A stretch of 63,419 bases of DNA from Campylobacterales bacterium (GTDB lineage: Bacteria > Campylobacterota > Campylobacteria > Campylobacterales > JALSKU01): contig JALUBK010000045.1 in assembly GCA_027044945.1 (NCBI GenBank), forward strand, positions 1-63,419, given 5' to 3'. Positions 56,984 to 63,419 of this stretch are shown here, in pieces (within the stretch, counting starts at the first letter, position 1; the number at the start of each line of letters is the position of its first letter). Under the pieces are notes generated by a model. That model did no database searches, was not told where the DNA came from, and saw only the letters and a list, made by a program, of their open reading frames with translations. The position numbers were made by a program, and so were the translations under genes.

Positions 56984-58066
56984 TTGCAAAATTTTATTGA
57001 TTTTATAAATACAACTTTTTTTCAAATTCCATTATATAAAATAGCCTTGGCTTTATTTGTTTTTTTTGTTTTTCTATTTTTAAGAAAAATTTTTACTGTC
57101 ACTATTTTACAAACTATAAAACAGATTACAAAAAAAACAAAAACAGATATAGATGATAAAATTTTGAATATTTTAGAAGAACCAATTAGGTTTTCTTTTA
57201 TCATTATGGGTTTATATTTTTTTATTATCATATTAAAAATAAATAATATAACTACTATGCATCTAATCAGAACTCTTATAATAATAGATCTGTTTTGGAT
57301 ACTTTTTGGTAGTATAAATGCATTTGATAAATTCATATATGAATTTACAAAAAATTTTGGGAAAGAATTGCATCAAGAAATAGGAAATTTTCTTCTAAAA
57401 AGCATAAAAGTTTTTGTTGTAATTATTGGAATAACTGCTATATTGCAAGATTGGGGCATCAATGTAAGTGCATTTATAGCATCTCTTGGAATTGGTGGTT
57501 TGGCATTTGCTTTGGCTGCTAAAGATACAGCGGCAAATCTTTTTGGAGGACTTACTATTTTAGCTGATCAATCCTTCAAAATAGGAGATTGGGTAAAAGT
57601 TGGAAAAGTGGAAGGAACAGTTGAAGATATAGGATTAAGAACTACAAAAATAAGAACATTTGAAAAAAGCTTAATTGTTATGCCAAATCAAACCATAGCG
57701 AATTCTCCTATTGAAAATTTTTCAAAAAGGGGGCAAAGAAGAATCAGCATGAGAATTGGATTAACTTATGACATAACAAAAGAAATTATAGAAAATATTG
57801 TAAAAGAGATAACAAATATGTTAAAATCTCATCCAAAAATTGCACAAGATCAAACTATGCTTGTCAGATTTGATCAATTTCAAGATAGTTCACTGAGTAT
57901 TTTTATTTATACTTTTGTAAATAGTGCCATATGGAATGAATATCTTGAAACAAAAGAGGATATAAATTATAAAATAATGCAAATAGTAAAAAATAATAAA
58001 GCTGAATTTGCATTTCCGAGTCAATCAATATATATAGAAAAAATAAATAATACAGGAATTAAATGA
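56984..58066 (+). CDS. MscS-family mechanosensitive channel
   Basis: [39 protein letters not shown]. Confidence 0.95.
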   Translation: MQNFIDFINTTFFQIPLYKIALALFVFFVFLFLRKIFTVTILQTIKQITKKTKTDIDDKILNILEEPIRFSFIIMGLYFFIIILKINNITTMHLIRTLIIIDLFWILFGSINAFDKFIYEFTKNFGKELHQEIGNFLLKSIKVFVVIIGITAILQDWGINVSAFIASLGIGGLAFALAAKDTAANLFGGLTILADQSFKIGDWVKVGKVEGTVEDIGLRTTKIRTFEKSLIVMPNQTIANSPIENFSKRGQRRISMRIGLTYDITKEIIENIVKEITNMLKSHPKIAQDQTMLVRFDQFQDSSLSIFIYTFVNSAIWNEYLETKEDINYKIMQIVKNNKAEFAFPSQSIYIEKINNTGIK

Positions 58067-59460
58067 AAAATATAGCATTAATAGGAAGACCAAATGTAGG
58101 GAAAAGCTCTCTTTTTAACAGATTAGCTGGTAAAAGAATAGCGATAACATCAGATGTTAGCGGAACTACAAGAGATACAAAAAAAGAAGAGATTGAAATA
58201 GATGACAAACATGCTCTCTTAACCGACACAGGCGGACTTGATGATAAAGATGAAATGTTTGAAACAGTAAAAAGAAAATCACTTCAAAGTGCAAAAGAAT
58301 CTAATATTATTTTATACATGGTTGATGGAAAATTATTTCCTGATGATAAAGATAAAAAAATATTTTTTGAATTACAAAAACTGAAAAAAGATATAGCACT
58401 TATTATTAATAAAATAGATAATGACAAAATGAACGAAATAGTTTGGGAATATCAAAGCTTTGGAATAAAAAATATTTTTCCTATATCTGTTTCGCACAAT
58501 CGTGGCATTACTCCTCTTTTAAACTGGTTATATAAAAAATTACCTATTGAAGAAAATTTGGAATTAAATGATGATGAGGATCTTAGTTTAGAAGATTTTT
58601 TGGATAATTTTAAAAATGAAGAAGAAAATTTGAAAGAAAAATTATCCTCCTCCTCTAACGAAATAAAAGTGGCAATAGTAGGAAGAGTGAATGTAGGAAA
58701 AAGTTCTCTTTTAAATGCACTTTTAAATGAAGAAAGAGCTGTTGTAAGCTCTATCGCAGGAACTACAATAGACCCTGTTAATAAAGAAATGATTTATAAA
58801 GATAAAATTATAACATTTGTAGATACTGCAGGAATTAGAAAAAGAGGAAAAATCGAAGGAATTGAAAAATTTGCACTTAACAGAACTGAAAAAATGCTTG
58901 AAAATGCAAACATAGCACTTATTGTTTTAGATGCTAGTGAAGAGTTTAAAGAGCTTGATGAAAGAATTGCAAGTCTTGTAGATAAATTTTCATTGGGCTC
59001 AATCATAGTGTTAAATAAATGGGATAAAGCCAGAGATGAATACAAAAAAGTAGTTGAAGATGTTAGATATAGATTTAAATTTTTAGGCTACTCTCCCATA
59101 ATTACAGTTTCTGCGCTCTCTAAAAAAAGAATACACAAAATAAACGATAAAATACTTGAAGTTTATGAAAATTATTCTAGACGAATTAGCACAGGAAAAC
59201 TTAACGAACTTATAAAATTTGCAAATTCCAGACATCATTTACCAAGCGATATGGGAAAAATAGTAAAAATATTTTTTGCAACACAATTCGATATAAAACC
59301 TCCAAGAATTGCACTTATAATGAACAGACCAAAATCTTTACATTTTAGTTATAAAAGATATCTTGTAAATACCATAAGAGAACACTTCAATTTTGAAGGT
59401 TCTCCTATCTTAATATTTCCAAGAAAAAGAGGCGAAAAAGAGGAAATAGAAGAAGTTTAG
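58063..59460 (+). CDS. der: Ribosome biogenesis GTPase Der
   Basis: Tandem G domains GRPNVGKSS / [19 protein letters not shown]-like C-terminus. Confidence 0.98.
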   Translation: MKNIALIGRPNVGKSSLFNRLAGKRIAITSDVSGTTRDTKKEEIEIDDKHALLTDTGGLDDKDEMFETVKRKSLQSAKESNIILYMVDGKLFPDDKDKKIFFELQKLKKDIALIINKIDNDKMNEIVWEYQSFGIKNIFPISVSHNRGITPLLNWLYKKLPIEENLELNDDEDLSLEDFLDNFKNEEENLKEKLSSSSNEIKVAIVGRVNVGKSSLLNALLNEERAVVSSIAGTTIDPVNKEMIYKDKIITFVDTAGIRKRGKIEGIEKFALNRTEKMLENANIALIVLDASEEFKELDERIASLVDKFSLGSIIVLNKWDKARDEYKKVVEDVRYRFKFLGYSPIITVSALSKKRIHKINDKILEVYENYSRRISTGKLNELIKFANSRHHLPSDMGKIVKIFFATQFDIKPPRIALIMNRPKSLHFSYKRYLVNTIREHFNFEGSPILIFPRKRGEKEEIEEV

Positions 59461-59471
59461 ATAATAAAAAA

Positions 59472-60266
59472 CTATCTAATTTCATTTCCTTCTTCATCAA
59501 ATACAGTTGGTGTTCCTCGTAAAAATCCAGATGACAAAAATCCATTTATTTCAGCTATCATTTTTTTAGCAAATTTTTTATTTACTTTTTTAAATTTCAT
59601 ATTTTTTGGATCAGAAGCTTCATATATAAGTGATAAAATATTTCCACCTTTTTTGGATTGTTCTAACAACCAACTTGATCTCATAGGAGAAGTTTCATGT
59701 CCTGGAATGTGTAAAAATACCGGCACTACTTTTACCTCTTTTGAATTTTTAATCGTAGCAGGTAATCTAATTTTTTCATATCTTTTACAAAATGGGCAAT
59801 TCGGATCAATTATAAGATAAATTATTTTTCCTTTAGGATTTCCGCCTTTAATATTTATAACCAAATCTTTATATTTAGTTTGCAAAAGTGCAATTAACTT
59901 TTTATTTGCATTTGACTGTTTTGCTTTTCTAAAAGCTTCTATTTTAAATCTATTTTTATAAACAAACTTAGCAAAAATATCTTTTGCATTTTTTCTATTA
60001 TAAATTCTTCCTATACCCATTATCTTTTTATTATAAAATATTAAAAATAGTCTTGAGTTTCCCTCGATTGCTCCTATTGCAACATGCATATTTTTTAAAT
60101 TTTCTAATTTGCCTTTTGCAATAATACTAATCTTATCAGTTTTCAATTTACCTTGAGTAAAAATTCTACTGAAATCTCTTTTCAACCTGACATTATTATC
60201 TTTTGCCAACATATTAGATTCTATAAAAAAACCTACTATTAATAACACTAAAAAAAATTTTTTCAT
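59472..60266 (-). CDS. Exported thioredoxin-fold protein (DsbC/DsbG-like)
   Basis: Signal peptide, DPNCPFC active site, C-terminal GTP cis-Pro motif. Confidence 0.78.
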   Translation of the reverse strand: MKKFFLVLLIVGFFIESNMLAKDNNVRLKRDFSRIFTQGKLKTDKISIIAKGKLENLKNMHVAIGAIEGNSRLFLIFYNKKIMGIGRIYNRKNAKDIFAKFVYKNRFKIEAFRKAKQSNANKKLIALLQTKYKDLVINIKGGNPKGKIIYLIIDPNCPFCKRYEKIRLPATIKNSKEVKVVPVFLHIPGHETSPMRSSWLLEQSKKGGNILSLIYEASDPKNMKFKKVNKKFAKKMIAEINGFLSSGFLRGTPTVFDEEGNEIR

Positions 60267-60282
60267 TTTTATTATCCTTTTT

Positions 60283-61875
60283 TTATTTATGAATATTTAA
60301 ATATTCTTCGTAACTACCTTTAAAATCAACAATTTTATTTTCAGATTTTAACTCTATAATTCTGGTGGCATATGAATCTATAAGCTCTCTATCGTGACTT
60401 ACACAAATAACAGTGCCTTTAAAATTCCTAAAAGCTTCTCCAAGAGCTATAATAGCTTCCAAATCAAGATGATTTGTAGGCTCATCAAAAATCAAAAAAT
60501 TTCCTTCTTCAAGCATGATTTTGCTTATCATTATTCTATGCTTTTCTCCACCACTAATACCTTGAACATTTTTTTGTTGTTCCTCTCCACTAAAAAGCAT
60601 TCTTCCAAGACAACTTCTTATTTCATTTAAATCCCTTTTTTTATCAAAATTTTCAAGCCATTGATAAAGTGTTTCATCACCTTTAATCCTATCTGTTGTA
60701 TCTTGAGGAAAATAACTATATTCTACCGTTGCTCCCCAATTTATTTGACCACTATCTGGTTTTAATTCATTAACCAATATTTTACACAATGTGCTTTTTC
60801 CTATACCGTTTAATCCTATAATTGCAACTTTTTCACCTTTTTCAAATTTTAAAGATAAATTTTTTAAAACTTGCAAATTCCCATAAGATTTTGATATATT
60901 AATTATTTCAAGAGCTTCATTTCCGATTTCTCTTTTTTGTTTAAAAACAATACTCGGTTCTCTTCTTGAACTTGTTTGTAAATCATCTATATTTATTTTA
61001 TCAAGTTGTCTTTGTCTACTGGTTGCTTGTTTTGCTTTTGAGGCATTTGCAGAAAATCTTCTAATAAAACTTTCAAGTTCTTCTTTCTCTTTTAATTTTT
61101 TATTTCTTTGGATTTCAGCTTGTTTTTGAACTAATTGAGAAGCTATATACCAATCATTATAATTGCCTGTAAATTCTCTTATTTTTTTATAATCCACATC
61201 TAAAATATGAGTAACTACACTATTTAAAAAATGTCTATCATGAGAGATAACTATTAAAGTTCCTTCGTGTCTTTTTAATTTATTTTCAAGCCATGAAATA
61301 GCTTCTAAATCAAGATTATTTGTAGGTTCATCTAAAAACAAAACTCCAGGATTTGGATACAAAACTTGGGCTAAAAGAATTTTAAATCTATCTCCTCCTT
61401 TTAATGTGCTTACTAAATTATTATGTGTTGAAATATCAAAACCAAGTTCTTCTAACATTTTTTCTATTACTATTTCGTGTTCATACATGGGGTCTTCTTC
61501 GGCACAAATAATTTCAAGCTCACTCAATCTATTGTTTACTTTTTCATCTCCAAAATCACCTTCTGCATACAATTTTTCTTTCTCTTTTGTGGCTTCATAT
61601 AATCTTTTATTTCCATAAAGAACAGCATCTTTTAAAGTAAAATCTTCAAAAGCAAATTGATTTTGACTTAATACTCCTATTTTAACACCATTATCAACAG
61701 AAATTTCTCCATTTGTTGGTTCTATTTCACCTGAAAGAATTTTTAAAAATGTAGTTTTTCCAGCTCCATTTGCACCTACGAGTCCATATCTTTTACCTTT
61801 TGTAAATTCCAAATTTATATTTTCAAAAAGAACTCTGTTTCCATATCTTTGAGTTATATTTATAGCTCTTAGCAT
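60283..61875 (-). CDS. ABC-F family ribosome-associated ATPase (YbiT-like)
   Basis: Two NBDs (GANGAGKT, GLNGIGKS), DEPTN x2, SHDR x2, linker FSANASKAKQATSR, no TMs. Confidence 0.93.
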   Translation of the reverse strand: MLRAINITQRYGNRVLFENINLEFTKGKRYGLVGANGAGKTTFLKILSGEIEPTNGEISVDNGVKIGVLSQNQFAFEDFTLKDAVLYGNKRLYEATKEKEKLYAEGDFGDEKVNNRLSELEIICAEEDPMYEHEIVIEKMLEELGFDISTHNNLVSTLKGGDRFKILLAQVLYPNPGVLFLDEPTNNLDLEAISWLENKLKRHEGTLIVISHDRHFLNSVVTHILDVDYKKIREFTGNYNDWYIASQLVQKQAEIQRNKKLKEKEELESFIRRFSANASKAKQATSRQRQLDKINIDDLQTSSRREPSIVFKQKREIGNEALEIINISKSYGNLQVLKNLSLKFEKGEKVAIIGLNGIGKSTLCKILVNELKPDSGQINWGATVEYSYFPQDTTDRIKGDETLYQWLENFDKKRDLNEIRSCLGRMLFSGEEQQKNVQGISGGEKHRIMISKIMLEEGNFLIFDEPTNHLDLEAIIALGEAFRNFKGTVICVSHDRELIDSYATRIIELKSENKIVDFKGSYEEYLNIHK

Positions 61876-63077
61876 TAGTGCAAATCTTTATTTAGTTTTA
61901 TTTCTCTATTGCTTTTAAAAGCTTTTATTGTTCCTTTTAGGCTATCTTGTCTAAAATGCAATCCATTCAATCCAGCCAATTCTAAACCTTTATAATTCTC
62001 TTTTATTTCAAGTTTTATTTTATTTACTTCATTTATTTTATTTATATTTTGTTCATCTATAACAACTTTAGTTCCTTCAAGTATTGCAATACCTGCATCA
62101 ACGATACAACCATCTCCTAAAGGTATTCCTGTAACAGAATTTGCTCCAAGAAGTGTATTTTCACCAATACTTACTGGATTTCCATTTGTTCCACTTAAGA
62201 CTCCAAGGATACTGGCACCGCCTCCTATATCACTTCCACTTCCTACAACTGCAGATGAACTTATTCGACCTTCTACCATCACAGCTCCCAAAGTTCCAGC
62301 ATTAAAATTTATATAACTGGCTCCTGGCATTACTGTTGTTCCGGCAGCTAACTGAGCCCCCATTCTTACTTTTGATGCATCTAAAATTCTTGTATTATTT
62401 GCAGGAATAATATGCTGTAAAAATCTAGGAAATTTATCCACTGAGTCTATACAAGGATACACTCCTTCAAGTTTTAATCCTATCTCATTTGCTCTTAACC
62501 ATTCAAGCTCTATCGGAGTATTACCACTCCATGCAACATTTGGAAGCACTCCAAAAGCTCCGTTTAAATTAATACTTCTTAAAGGTGCTTTGCCTAAAGA
62601 AAGCGCATAAAGTTTCAAATAAACACACTCTACACTCTTAGGAGCATCATCTTCAAATATAAACACAACTCTATAATCACTCTCATCAACTTCATCTCTG
62701 TCTACCAGACTGTAAAGATATTTTATAACTTGTATATTTTTATGATTATCTTCTGTAACTTCATCTAAAAAAGGATTGAAAGCTTTTATGCATTGTTTTA
62801 AAAATCTTTTATCAACTTCAAATATTTGTTCACTTTTGGAAAAGCCGACTTTTTTCCCACACTCGTTAAGTGCTGCTATAAACACAGCGGCAGCTCCAAA
62901 GTTCTCATTCCAATTTAAAAACGCAAATGAAGCTTGTAGGATTTTATCTCTGTTTAATTGCCCTTTATCGACTCTTGCTATACCAAAACCTATCGGATTT
63001 TTGTATCCTTTTATTTTTGTAGTAGATTTAACAAAATCTTTAAACTCTTCTTTTGTTTTTATCTTTTTTATTGACAC
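61875..63077 (-). CDS. dapD: Tetrahydrodipicolinate N-succinyltransferase
   Basis: DKFPR, VRMGA.L..GTTVM, NFNAGT, EGRISS, hexapeptide repeats, LN.DLH end; GTG 63077 after AAGGA. Confidence 0.95.
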   Translation of the reverse strand: MSIKKIKTKEEFKDFVKSTTKIKGYKNPIGFGIARVDKGQLNRDKILQASFAFLNWNENFGAAAVFIAALNECGKKVGFSKSEQIFEVDKRFLKQCIKAFNPFLDEVTEDNHKNIQVIKYLYSLVDRDEVDESDYRVVFIFEDDAPKSVECVYLKLYALSLGKAPLRSINLNGAFGVLPNVAWSGNTPIELEWLRANEIGLKLEGVYPCIDSVDKFPRFLQHIIPANNTRILDASKVRMGAQLAAGTTVMPGASYINFNAGTLGAVMVEGRISSSAVVGSGSDIGGGASILGVLSGTNGNPVSIGENTLLGANSVTGIPLGDGCIVDAGIAILEGTKVVIDEQNINKINEVNKIKLEIKENYKGLELAGLNGLHFRQDSLKGTIKAFKSNREIKLNKDLH

Positions 63078-63144
63078 TATAATTCCTTGCTTTTTAAGCA
63101 ATTATATCTAAAATATCATTTATTTTCTATAAAATCAAAAAAAT

Positions 63145-63419
63145 CTATCCTGCCAAAACAATAATCAAAGCTACAAGAATACTCAAGAGTGCATAACCAG
63201 CATAAGTATTAAGACGACCATTATGCATTTTAGCTAAGATTTTAGATAATTTTTGTGTAAAATTTATAACAGGATATAACACAAAACGATCTATCAAATG
63301 CACCTCTTCTTTTTTTCTTTTTATTGTTACACGAAAGTATTCTATATTTTCATGCTGATTTGTAACTTCAGGATGTAAAATCGTATTAAAAATAACTCTT
63401 ACAGGCTGTGCAAAGCCAG
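63145..63419 (-). CDS. 3' end of a HyfB-like proton-translocating membrane subunit (partial)
   Basis: Open frame GFAQPVRVIF...LYPV....MHNGRLNTYAGYALLSILVALIIVLAG* matches the C-terminal pattern of hydrogenase-4 subunit B-type proteins. Confidence 0.7.
   Translation of the reverse strand, partial: GFAQPVRVIFNTILHPEVTNQHENIEYFRVTIKRKKEEVHLIDRFVLYPVINFTQKLSKILAKMHNGRLNTYAGYALLSILVALIIVLAG

Overview
AT-rich, gene-dense chromosomal segment of a Campylobacterota (epsilonproteobacterial) bacterium; HobA, CcsBA, the split atp operon and the gene order point to a relative of Sulfurospirillum/Campylobacter. Most genes lie on the minus strand and are core housekeeping. They fall into these blocks: rplU-rpmA-obgE-proB-fmt-birA-parAB-atpF'FHAGDC-tolQRAB-pal-cpoB-slyD-fabD-mtnN-ttcA; ileS-gatA-guaB-metX...xseB-dapC-murC-mutS2-dapE-ridA; a tRNA Lys-Glu-Val-Asp operon with ccsBA and tRNA-Ser; kdsA-ribH-nusB-pyrF; hemW-tatBC-queA; rppH-lysC-hobA-holB-folP-queC; mscS-der; ABC-F, dapD and the 3' end of a HyfB-like gene. 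I found no CRISPR array, prophage, integrase or defence island, and I cannot claim a new multi-gene system. The most unusual element is absent from the ORF track. It is a ~400 bp fossil at 64-460 bounded by terminal inverted repeats, holding an internally deleted, frameshifted Y1 (RAYT/IS200-like) tyrosine transposase that keeps its N-terminus and C-terminal HTH, and it is a candidate miniature non-autonomous element. Other points of interest: a 35-aa membrane protein coupled between ileS and gatA, a structured rplU leader, a probable nested aspartokinase beta-subunit start, a stand-alone NadE-like glutaminase, a catalytically degenerate nitrilase, and a cysteine-rich lipoprotein. Family assignments are from motif recognition, not database searches.
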